Positions 36,653 to 48,845 of a stretch of DNA of 64,000 nucleotides are shown in pieces. The translations under genes and the position numbers were made by a program. Position 1 is the stretch's first letter; every line of letters begins with the position of its first letter. The stretch is from Trichinella spiralis (lineage: Eukaryota). Location: the NCBI RefSeq assembly GCF_000181795.1, contig NW_003526944.1:5417816-5481815 (forward strand), read 5' to 3'. The notes beneath the pieces were generated by a model that ran no database searches, was not told the DNA's origin, and saw nothing but the letters and a program-made list of their open reading frames with translations.

Positions 36653-38445
36653 TCAATCAATGTACTGCGCAAGCCAACGGAAGCCTTCACCGTAGCCTTG
36701 TCGTTTCAACACGCTACACATAAATACTTCAATTGGGCGAGAAGACATTTCCGCTCGACTTGTGGCATTCTGAAGAAAAAAACAAACAATTTTCCAATTC
36801 CAAGCAATATCCATCCATTAAGTATAAGAAAAAAACAAGAAACTAATTTAATAATCTTTTCCATTAAACAAACAACAACATATTATGGTTAATATGTTAG
36901 AAATAATTGATCACATTCCCCTTCCCCATTTAAAATTATTTCCCAAAAAGGAAACATCAGAAATTACTATTCATAAAAACTGCATTCTGTTACACAATGA
37001 ATATAAAAAAACAAAAAATGCATATTTGCATTGCTAATGAAACATTTGGAAGTGAAAAATTAAACATTACACTTCCTTTCACTTCTGTCAGTTTAATAAG
37101 CTTGTATTTTAATGCAAACAACAAAAAAAACCAATACCTTGCCTGTCGTCAAACCATACAGACCCATCACACTTTTCAATTGCTCTTCTGATATTGCAGT
37201 AGCTTTGTCTATTTTATTTCCAAGCACTAACACTGGACAAGATGCCACTTGTTCATCCATCAAAAGACTCTAAAGCAAACATACATAATGAAACATAAAT
37301 TGTTTCATTAAACAGTACAAACATACTAAAAAAACGAAAGAACTTGAGCATCATAATAAAATGACGATTATTCAAAATACTGTAAAAAGACAATGTACTC
37401 GTAAGTCAATGAAATCTCACCTCCAATTCAACTTTTGCTTCACCCAAACGCTCAGTATCAGCTGCATCCACCAAAAATACTATAGCGTCGACAGCTGGAA
37501 AATAATCTTTCCATACTCTACGAGCTGAAAAATTTTTAATTCACCAGAACCAAAATCATCATTTACAAAATGGCAATAATTGATTTATTCATATAACGAT
37601 AAATAATTATCGTCACAACCATTCATCATAAACTGTGCATTTATACGGAAAATACAAAGGTTACATACCTTGAGCGTGACCACCTAGGTCAAATGTAGTA
37701 AACTTCATTCCCCCTAAAGACAGTTCTTCCGATGCTATACAGAAATATGTAAATAGTAAAAGTTAACATTTAAAACAATATAAGTATACTTGGATGCAAT
37801 GTTGGAACGTGTTGCGCCATACGATCATCTTTCAACATATGCAACAATGTCGTCTTACCGGCATTGTCAAGTCCAAGAAAAACTAGCTTTCCTGACTTTT
37901 TATAAAGACCTAAAATTCTTCCACACGATATTTTTTAAACTATGCAACAATAGCAAAAAAGACTAGTTTCAGTATTATTAATGTCATAATATAACACAAA
38001 AAATTTAATCAGCAATAATGTCATTAAACTTATGGTTAACAGAATCAGGCCAACACATTGAACATAAACATTCTAAATATTCGTATATACATATGCATAT
38101 ATGAATATGAAAACAAAAATATAACCAATAAAAGAAAGAAAAAATAAATCAAATAAAATAAATTCATTCAGAAATAAGAGTATATTCAATATCAATTGAA
38201 CACCGGACAGTTTTCGAGAGAATATGAGTTTCATCATAAATCAAAGACTTCGATATCTCTACAACTTAAATAATATTATAAAATGGGTGAGTATTCATAG
38301 CCTCAATTATCATAAGTTACAGTTTAATTAACAAAACACAAATATAATATTTCTTCAACAAACTAATTCTGCAACATAATAAAAACTTTTTGAGAAATTT
38401 ACCTAAGAAATTGAGTATACCAGTTAGCCAATCCCACATCCACAT
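36653..38445 (-). CDS. SAR1: Sar1 small GTPase (COPII), 6 exons
   Basis: [35 protein letters not shown]...[17 protein letters not shown]...LGNKID...[23 protein letters not shown]. Confidence 0.98.
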
Positions 38446-40220
38446 TTTTCTTCTTATAGATTAACAAATTTCACAACCTAACATAAAAAAATTCAGGCAC
38501 AAACTGTTAACACGTTCAATACTACTACAACACGTCAGTAGTAATATACAGTATTTGTATCAATAATTCAAGTAAGCAGGTTATAAACTTTCGGAAAAAT
38601 ACATCTTTCATTAAAATTGAAATATTATTATCAATATTATACATTTTTAAATACTACATAAGGTATTACTTAAAATTCTTCTGCATCACATTCTAATCAA
38701 TTATTTCATTGTAGACGTTCTAAAAGTAAAATAAGTGAAAAAAAATATTTTTTAAATATATGGCCGTAACCTGTGTTGATAAAACAACTACAGTTTATTT
38801 GCTTATTTTTTCTTAGATAAATAGCTAATTATTATTTATTTAGATGTAAGAACATTAATGACATTTAAATAGGATGCGTTCAACACAATTTGAACCTGAC
38901 TATCACATTTAATATTATACCAGTAGTGTTTTTCTAAAAAATAAATTATTTTTAAATTAAAAAATTAAAATATTTCATATTTTAAATAAATTAATTGTTT
39001 ACTGGAAGTTTTACTGTTTTTTACTAGAAGTTTACTGAACCAATTTTTGAAAATCACCTGTTAAGTACAAATGTCATAAAATGTCCTAACCTAAAAATAA
39101 AAATAACAGCAAAAACATAAATGAAAACACAAAAAAAAATATTTTTTGAATTTTTTTCAAAGAATGAAATTTCTGCTCAAAGTTGATTTCCTTAATACTA
39201 TATGAAAATACGTTTAAATTGTTTTAAAAATTTTTGCGTCTTGAAATTTCATTGTACAATATTATTTAAATGTTTTGTATTTAGCAGGAATTAATAATTA
39301 AGAATAAATTTGAAATGATCGCCATTATTAGCACAAGGATCCATTTGTTCCATTGACTTGATGGGACAACTAAATCAGCTGGTTACAGTTCATTTTGATA
39401 AAACTTGCTTGTCAGATTTTACCGTTGTTTGCACTATTGTTCAGTTGTTGACCGCAATCTTTCGATATCGCAAACTATAAGGCAGAGGAATTCATTGTTT
39501 TTTTTTGGCAGATTTTTTTTTCTAAGTTTTAAAAATTTGTTATATCTTTTGCACACATTTGATTGCTCGCCGTCACTTTAAGTTTGTTTTAATAAATAAC
39601 AACGTTTGCATGGATTATAATGCTTTTTGAAACGTTTTTTTTATTAGAAATTTATTTTCATTTGCAATGAGCATTTTATTAGATAGTTTTTAATGAAACA
39701 AAACTTTGGGTAAGAATAATGCTTCATTATTATTTATTCATTTGTTTTTTTCTGAAGAGTTTCCAATTGACTGTAGTTTTGTAGTTTAATTTTTGTTTTA
39801 ATGTGATTTGTGCAAGCATGATCATCTTGCATGGTACTGACAGAAGTGGTATAAATGTGCCGAGTTTTGTTTGTTTTGTATATACGTTCAATATATTTTA
39901 AAAAAATATTATTTTATTGTTTTATAACTAGTTCGTTTATTAAACGACCGCGGATCGATCGTTGACGGTGATGGATCTGCTGCTGATCAACGTTGCTGCT
40001 TGAGGTCGTTTCATCTGATTTGCAGTCGTTTTTGTTCGATTTTCTATTCGCGAATCGTCGCATGTGATAGATTTAAAAATAAGAATTTTAAGCTTGAAAA
40101 TGTGTAATTATTTTTGCATAATTTAGTTGCGATAGTTTCAAGTATTTTTTGAGACAAATTCCATCCAGAAGAGCCTGTTGTGTGTTTGTGTTTGCTGTTC
40201 GCTTGGAAAGTTAGAGAAAC

Positions 40221-41406
40221 ATGACTACTGGTAAAGATTTTATTTGAAAAAAATTATTTATGTAAAATAATTTACATACTGTATTGTTAGAAGCGCCTCC
40301 TACTTTTGGTGAAGAACAAGAGTTAGCGTCGCGCATGTTGCAGATACAGTCAAAACGTTTTTATCTTGATGTAAAAGAGAATGAACGCGGTCGTTTCATC
40401 AAAATCGCCGAGGTGGGATTCTTTTCAACTGTTTTGATTGAATTTGAAATTATGTTTACTACGCAATTATTTATTGATTCAGGTAGGCGCCGGAGGACGC
40501 AAGAGTCGTTTGCTTATGTCAATGGCAGCGGCATCGGAGTTTCGTTCTCGTCTCGCCAAAATGGACGAATATTACCAGTCTTTATGTACGTGTTAACTAA
40601 ATTCCTCCACTATTCGTCATTCAACTTATTTTCTTTCCTCTCCATTAAGGCGAAGCGGACAGTACGCTTGCATCTGAAAATGGTTTATTAAAATCTGATA
40701 TCATTTTTCAAAGCACTCGTCGCTATTATTTGGATTTGAAAGAAAATGCTCGAGGGAAGTTTTTACGGGTATGCACATGCCGTTTCTTTCTCAATCTTGT
40801 CTTTTGTTTTTTCACTGTGTAAATATCTTACTGTAGTCTTGGTGTTTTTTTCCGTTTCATCATTTTTTCTGATGTTCAGGTTACTCAAGTTATGCGAAGG
40901 CCAGCGCCGAGATCCCAAATTGCAATTCCGGCCCAAGGCATGGCAAAGCTAGTGGAAACGTTGGATGACTTGTTGAACAGTTGCAGGATTTTTTTTTTGT
41001 TTTCTTGCGTTTTTCTTTTCATGCGGTATATTTTAATGTAGATTATATGATGAAACTGCCACAAGGCTTGCGTGTGCACATGGACAATAAAGTTTTTTAC
41101 TGTGACGTACGGCAAAATGCCCGTGGTGTGTTTATGCGCATTTCGGAAGTAGGAGATTATTTTCTCTCCAGGTGAATGTCAATGTTTTATTTATGCATTA
41201 TTATTTTTCAGGTTAGGCCAGACATGCGCAGTTCAATATTAATTCCAGAAAAAGGCTTTGTAAGCTTTAGAAATTATTTCATGGACGTGTGCGAAGAGTT
41301 AGCTAAGGATGCAGTGAAAAATTCACTACCTGAAGGTGACAATGCAGTCGAGTCGGATAAAGAAGGCGGTTCTGCTTCAAAAACGATTGCTTCATCTTCT
41401 GCATAA
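40221..41406 (+). CDS. PURA: Pur-alpha family nucleic-acid-binding protein (three PUR repeats)
   Basis: [73 protein letters not shown]. Confidence 0.95.
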
Positions 41407-42299
41407 TTCTATTCTTTTTCACTCAAAAAGAGAAAACTGCATTTATAGTTTTTGCTATTGTAAATTATAGTTTTTGTTTTGTTTTTCAAATCTATATTTT
41501 TTTGTTAATTTGATAATCCAGTTTTCATTTTATTAATTTTTTCATCTACCTTGCCTCCTTACTTATTGGTAAACGTTTATTGAAATAGTTTTCTGTATTA
41601 TTCCATATCTTTAGATTTTTGCTACTTAGGTTGTATGTGCTATTCTTATTTTTCTATTGTATTGAACGGGTCTTGACGATAAAAAAAACATGAGCTGCTT
41701 TACACTGAATAACCTTCATAATTGTCTTTATTTATTTACGTATCTTTTGTCTGTCATTTGATTTTTTTGCATTTATTATGGCAAATGCACATATTAGATA
41801 GGAGGCTTTGGATTGATTGATTTGTAAGAATTTTCAAGGTTTATTTGTTTAAGATAAAAATGTATTGTGAGATGGCACTGCCGAGTTACAGATTTTTTCT
41901 GTCCTTGAAAATTTCTTAATTCGGTTGATGTCTGTGTGTCTGTTGTGTGTACACCTTAAATTTCAGAACTTTCCTTTATGATTTTTGAAATTCATTTATT
42001 TGTTGTGCGCCTCCCTCGTCCGTCTATTAGCTTCGACTGTTATATCTTTTTCTTGGAAATTCATAATTTCTTTTCACTTTTCCAAAAAGCATCGTCTTTC
42101 AGTTTTCGGCTGTGTGTAGTGTTCGTATGTTTCCTCTTTGTGTGTTGCGCGTGGCCTGGTGCTTTGGCGCGAGGAAACAAACGCATAAAAATAATATTTG
42201 TTATAGATTTGATTGATATACTGTAGACTGATCATTAAACTTGATTAAAATACACAGTATCTCCAATTTGTTGCCTTAGAAAAAAAACCAAATTTGAAT

Positions 42300-44319
42300 G
42301 ACAATATATTTACATATATCCAACTTATTCAGTCGACATTGGAATAAGTTGTCATCTTCAATTGTCGATGATTTGTTGCAAAATTCGCAATCACTTTCAC
42401 TGCTGCTGCTGCTGCTGCTGCTTGAATTCGAACTAGCACTTGAAGAAGGTATTCCAGATGACTCATCAAAATTCACTTGATCGCATATTTTTGCTAATTT
42501 AAATTAAATTTGCTAAAACAATTATCAACTAACTACTGCCGATCTGAAAGAAAAATACAACGTCAACAACAGCTTTCAACTGTCAATACCAGTGTTAATA
42601 GCAGCTAATTTTGGTCTAGACCGAAATATCTTTGCGTTGCCATGCGATTGGTAAATTACTAACAAAGCAGTAATTTTGTGCGTTACTGCAACAGGAAAAT
42701 CCAAATTGAGCACTACATGCCACCATCGACCCAGCATAAATATCGTTTCACCAGGCTTTTGCAAAACTTCTACCTACAAAAGAAAATTAAATGAAATCTA
42801 AATTGAAATTTCACATATTCAAATGCCTGCAAATTATTGACGTAAAATATGAGTGTGCAAATCTTCCAGCAGTACAATTACAGTTTACCTAATTAACATA
42901 ACATTAAAGATGGATTTAATTTCATTTTCTTATAATTAAAATCAATTTAATTCCACCGTCGTTGTTAATCAAAAGCAAAATACCATCAACAGTGTAGAAA
43001 AAAATTTTGTAGTTATTTTCAAATCAAACAACATTCGAAATTATCAGAAAATTAAAATAGAATATCATCTCAAAAATGCAATATTCTCATTTGCTGCTTT
43101 TTCAGAACTAATAATAACACTGAAAAATAACAACCCGTAATACAAATGTAATATATAAAATATAGTTTACGATGTGAGTCGACACGGCTTTGTGTCTTTG
43201 GATAAACAAAATCAAACCAAGTAATTTTTTCAGATCAGTGCTTACCACCATCGCCTGGCTTGAGCTTTACCAAATTTTCTGGTGGATCCGGTAGGAACCA
43301 GACGCCAACGCTTATGATAAAAAATGAGAGCATTCCATGCATGAATACCTAAAGGATCGATACGGATAAAGGCAGTTCCAGATCGAGATGAGCAGGACCC
43401 ATAACAAACCACCTATTAGGAGGTGGACGCTTTTCACCCGCATAACGAAACAAATTATCTTCAAAAAACTTTGGCACTGAATAATTATTAAGCAACTTAT
43501 TGCACTTTTTTCTCTAAAAAATTTTCCATCAATAAATATATGTACATCGAAGTAAAATTCCTTTTTCAAATATATTCTTAAAAATTGAAATTTCGTAAAA
43601 ACGCGAACATTTTGAAAAAATTCCTGCAATTTACCTCACCAAAAGTGCTATCAAATATGTATAAAGGACTACCATCGTTTTGTCTTTTAATATATTCAGA
43701 AAAACATTTCATTTTTATTTTTACGGAATAACAGTCATCATCTTCACTACATTTAAAAAATTGTTTGCTATATTTCCGTAAAAGTTTCTAAAAAATTGAA
43801 TAAAACTATTTTTTCATACTTTACTCCCATCTGCAAAATTATTAATCTGCATTTAAAAGAAAATGTAAAATATTTTTTCCCAAGTAAATAAAGAAGAATT
43901 TTCTGAAACATCAAACAATCATGAAACAATCAATACATATAATAATTCAATTTAATAAATACATTAAAATTTAAATTGAAAAATGAGAAACCTCTACTGT
44001 CCATTTTTCATGCGCTGCCCAACCGCACTGTTAATTGGTTATCACGACTGGATACGATTTGCTTCCATAACGCAACACAAACCCTTCAACAGAACATTGC
44101 AAACCGTCTATTCATTCAATACTGCCTATAAATAAAGACCCATCCAAGCAGAATCGCCCGGCTAACTGTAGCAACCGCTATTCAGAAACAGACAGTTCTG
44201 AAAATACATGTCTGAAATAAGCAGAAACGTAATAATTTAACAGTGTCCCTGCTTCAAAACTTGCCGGATCTAACTTTGGCTTGAACGCCGTCAATTCTCT
44301 TATGCAACTTCTTTTCCAT
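42300..44319 (-). pseudogene. JMJD6: Unprocessed JMJD6/psr-1 pseudogene
   Basis: Recognisable exons ([71 protein letters not shown]; poly-Ser tail). In-frame stops at 44112-44114 and 44031-44033, frameshifts near 43390 and 42680, and the HxD motif reads RID. Confidence 0.85.
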
Positions 44320-44470
44320 ATTGAGCTATAGAATCTTGAAACCTAATTAAACGACAGAAACAAAAAAAAATAAAAGAATCACAAACTGAAGTTTTAAACT
44401 AAAGATAAATTTGTTTCAAAATTTTTAATTTTCAATATCGCACAGTGAGAATCCAATCAACCGATATTAA

Positions 44471-45054
44471 TCATTCAGTTTCTTCAGTACGAAGTTTAGC
44501 ATGACCATTGGTTAGCCTAATGCTCAACTGATTCGCTTTTTCTACGATAGCTTTCCGTTTTTTTGCAGATACAGAATGCGCAATTTCTGCACAATAAAAG
44601 CGATTTTGCATTAACAGCATATCCAATTCCTTAAAATTAAAATTCAACTAATTATTGCAATAAAGAAAACAATAAAAAAACATTTACTCTTGCGTTGTGA
44701 ACTAACACTTTACGGAAACCATTTGGAAGCATATGCTTCGTAACGCGTCGACTTCCATAACCAATATTCGGCATCCGACGCTGTCCTTTAAACTTCCTTC
44801 GAACGCGATTGTCAATACCTTTCGGTTTACGCCAGTTGGGCTAAAAAATAAATATTTCAAATCCATGAACATGAATACAATTGAACAAAACGTTAATGAA
44901 AACTAAAATTAATGCCAACCACTCTTAAATACAAACATCAACAAAGTAACTTTTTAACCTTCAACTTTCGGTAACGATCACACTGATGACGAGTAAACTT
45001 CTTCGTTCGTTTTTTTACTATTTTATATTTGAAAGCTGGAGTGACCATCGCCAT
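44471..45054 (-). CDS. RPL32: 60S ribosomal protein L32 (eL32), 3 exons
   Basis: [18 protein letters not shown]..|[27 protein letters not shown]..|[26 protein letters not shown]. Confidence 0.98.
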
Positions 45055-45889
45055 TGCTATGCACTAAATTAATTTGATTTATTAAACAAAGCAGGGCAAA
45101 TAAATTTAATTTTTGATATATTAATAAGAATGCATCGTTAAAAAAAACAACCAAAAAATGTTCAACTGCAATTTTACTTTATTACAATTTAACATCATAA
45201 GCATGATTTGGAATACAGTCTAATATCGAAACGCAGGTTTAAAGTTTTGTGACATGACAATTTTATTTAAAAATGTATACAACTTTAGCATAAAAATATG
45301 AATTAAAGTAGGTAATTGATTAAAAATAATAATTAAACAAGTAAAGAAAAGAAATTCTGCATGCAAAACGAATACAAAATAACAATTTTAAAACAAATCA
45401 TATAATAACAATTATTACTGCTTCAAAATTGTGTGAAAATTTTGTTTACAAGTAATTTAAATTTAAGATTTACTGACAATTTTTATTTATTGTTATTTCT
45501 GAAATGTATGCATAAAATTTACATAAATAAATTGAAATATTAGATGCGCTTATGATAAAAGAATTTAAAACTCAAAAATATAATTTTTTAAGAAAAGCAC
45601 ATTGCAATTTGTGTATTCTATTTACAACAAACAGTAATTTAGAAAATTAATTTTAAGTGAACACTGTAGTTGAACTTAATTTTATTACTGATAATTTTAC
45701 AGTATCGCACGTGTTCAGTTCAAGTTTTGTACCTATAAAAAGCTGGTTGTAATAGCTTGAAAACTATAATTGAAATTTGAAAATAACGAAAGTATTCTAA
45801 AGCTGAAGTTTACAATGGGTATACCTGTTTTCATTGATTTATGCTGTATATAAAGTATTCATTTTAATAAAAAAAAACGTTCCGAATCA

Positions 45890-45892
<3 letters not shown>

Positions 45893-45933
<41 letters not shown>
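45893..45933. repeat. (TTA)n microsatellite
   Basis: Perfect trinucleotide run. Confidence 0.9.
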
Positions 45934-45934
<1 letters not shown>

Positions 45935-46154
45935 GATATCAATATTAATTAATCTGTTTAAAATTTACAACAGGATAAAATTTTATAATATTATTGAGTT
46001 TAAAAATTTGTGAATATATTTATGTGAGAAATTTAAATTGATATATTTTTATTTCACAATCAGATTTAACGTAATTCAGTAAACTACCTTCAGTGGAGAA
46101 CTGACGCCATTATATATTTATTGTTATGCAATTTTTGATTGTTTAGGAAGCAAT

Positions 46155-47430
46155 ATGAAAGTACGAGTGTTCGATTTTCGTCCTCCTGCCGATCATGTGA
46201 AAATTTTGTTGAATTATTTGAAAAGTGTAGTGAAGGATTGCAATTTGGTTGCTTCTGGAAATGAGGATGAAATTTCAAGTGATATTTTAAAAGTGATATC
46301 AATTCTTGGTGAATATGTCGAAAAGAAACCAAATGAAGCTGATTTGGAATCGGTGTTGATGTCTCTTTCTTCACTTATTCCATCCGTTCTTGAAGCCGAA
46401 GAAAGCAGTAAAATTGTGGAAGAATTGTGTAAAAAATTTACTGAACCAGTATTTCGTGATAGAGAACAAATAATTTTTCGTGCTATTACTAATTTGTTTT
46501 ATGCAATGGAAGATGTTCACCCGGTTTCTTATCGGCATCAGTATAAGCTTTTCATGGGAATGTTAAATTTAAGTTGTCATTGCAAACCGTCTAATATTCC
46601 ACTGCGAATAATTTCGTTAGAACAAGCAAGTCAATGGCTTAATCAGTGGAAATGCAATCTTCAAGAAAGACGGGATTGTTTTCGATTGTTGCATCGTACT
46701 TTGTTAAATAGTAATCAGGGATTTCTATGAAAAGCTATATTTTGAATGAAGCATTTTATTTCAGGCGAAGAGATTGGAGCGCCAGCGAAAGTGATGTACG
46801 AACTTCTTAGTTCTTATACTACTGAAGCGGACGCTTACATTGCCGGAGATGATGCTCGAGAATGTGTTCGTTCTGCAATAAACGATCCGCGCACGTTTAT
46901 TTTTAGCCATTTGTTTAGTCTTCTACCTGTGCAACAGTTAGCCGACGAACCAATTCACAGATTATTGACAATATTTGATTCCGGCTCATTGGACGATTAT
47001 ATAATGTTTTACGAGCAGAATAAGCAATTTGTTGACGAAACAATGGGCTTGTCAAATGAGCACTACTTGTACAAGATGCGTGTATTGACGTTCATGACTA
47101 TTGCTGAAAAGAGGAAGGAAATTTCATTGAGTGAACTGATGAATTTGTTAAAAATGGAAGATGAACGCAGCTTAGAAGAGTTTGTTATAAAAGCCATACA
47201 ATCAGAGATGGTTAAAGTAAGTTTTTTATTTTTTTTGATGCAATCTTTGATGACAATTTTAACAGGCTCAGATTGACGATGCTGCAAAAATTGTTCTCCT
47301 ACATGGCGCTCAGTCACGTTCTTTTGGCAAGAGGCAGTGGGAAGAAGTGCTGAATGGATTAAAGAAGTGGGAAGATGGAGTCCGTTATGCGGAAAAATAT
47401 TTCGATGTTGCTTCTGAAGAAATGGAATAA
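46155..47430 (+). CDS. EIF3M: Translation initiation factor eIF3 subunit M (PCI domain; cif-1-like), 3 exons; a possible 4-nt first exon ATGG at 45815
   Basis: AKVMYELLSSYT..DARECVRSAINDPRTFIFSHLFSLLPVQQL..KMRVLTFMTIAE..QIDD..RSFGKRQW; introns at ~46710-46764 and ~47217-47265. Confidence 0.93.
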
Positions 47431-47821
47431 TCTGCTTTTGTGAAAAGTATTTTTAAATGATTAAATTTTGTTTAATCTATATTTCAAGTGATTTTGAACA
47501 CTGTGGAACGAATGTTAAATACATTTTGATTTGGCATTTATAGTTTGAATAATGAAATTATATACTGCTAATTATAAATTTCATTTTAAAATTCATTATC
47601 ACTATATTTAAATGGTTAATGGTTCTGTTTATTTGAAGTTGATCAGTGATAAGTTAATTTTAATGGAGTTGTAACAAATTATTGTCATGCTATATAAAAT
47701 GATAAGTTTTCAGAAAAGCTATGAAATCAGATGAAACTTTGATCAGAAACTTATTCGCAATAAGCAGTTAATAGTGAAAAAACAGTGAAATTTTAAATCA
47801 AAATAGAACTGATTGAAAAAA

Positions 47822-48112
47822 TCAGTTCAAGCGTATTTCCGCTTCTACCCAACTTGGGATTTCACTGTACGGCTCGATGTATTCTTTCCGGGTGTAGTTG
47901 GAATTGTAAACGTAGCCGCCAATTTTGTAAATCTTTGACACAACCCACGCTCGATTATTCGACCAAAGCTGTTTTCGCTCAGCAGTGGCCGTCGGATGCA
48001 CTGGATGCGGAGGCAATTGATCCATCGGCACCAATTTAACAATAGGCGGTTTGCCAAAAGTCACTTTCGGCTTTTGAGAGTTCTTCCTATTTTTACAGAT
48101 TTTATTACCCAT
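47822..48112 (-). CDS. Hypothetical 96-aa basic protein with a predicted N-myristoylation signal
   Basis: Single coding exon MGNKICKNRK...; a probable 5'UTR intron (donor GTGAGC ~48174, acceptor TTTTATAG just before AAAATG); GC content above the flanks. Confidence 0.6.
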   Translation of the reverse strand: MGNKICKNRKNSQKPKVTFGKPPIVKLVPMDQLPPHPVHPTATAERKQLWSNNRAWVVSKIYKIGGYVYNSNYTRKEYIEPYSEIPSWVEAEIRLN

Positions 48113-48845
48113 TTTCTATAAAATCAAAATTGCCATAATATCGTGAATGGAAAAGAAGAAAAAAGAAAGCTCACCGACCTCTTGCAAACCAAAAGAAAAA
48201 CTGAAATAGCAATAATAAATCGACAGTGCGGAAAGTTTTATTTAACTTTAAAATGTAAAAGTTATTTCAAAGCGAAAAACATTAAAAAAGGATAATTCAA
48301 ACATAAAAGAAAGAAAGTTTAAAATGCAAAGGCAACAGCACTGCAATTGTCAGTCAGACAATTAAATTTAAACAAAAATGAATTCAAAAAAAGTCAAAAA
48401 AGCATTACAGTATTTTTTCTTGAAATTCTTGCTTTTCCAATTTACTGTAATTTTCCAAAAAAATGATTATAAAAAATGAAAATAATCGTGTAAAATTAAA
48501 TTTTAATAAAAGTAGAAAAGAAAATTTGGCTATTTTTATAAGTTATATAGTTTTATTTGGAAACGTATTTCATCAAAAGTTGATCAAATATGAAATCAAG
48601 TGAATAAGCATGACGATGTAGTTTTGCTGGCAGTTTGCATTTAGATTGTTTTTAATTGAAAAAATTTCAATTTGAATAATTAAAATAATAACAATTTCCT
48701 TTAATCAGTAAGAAATTTTACAATGATAATTCTACTTGACAGCTTGAAACATACGGTGGACTACGGTATTTTGCAGATACAATCCCACTCGCGGCTGTCC
48801 GGCTGGTTTGTGGTTGAGTTTGCAGTGTTCGCGTTTCGAGTTGTC

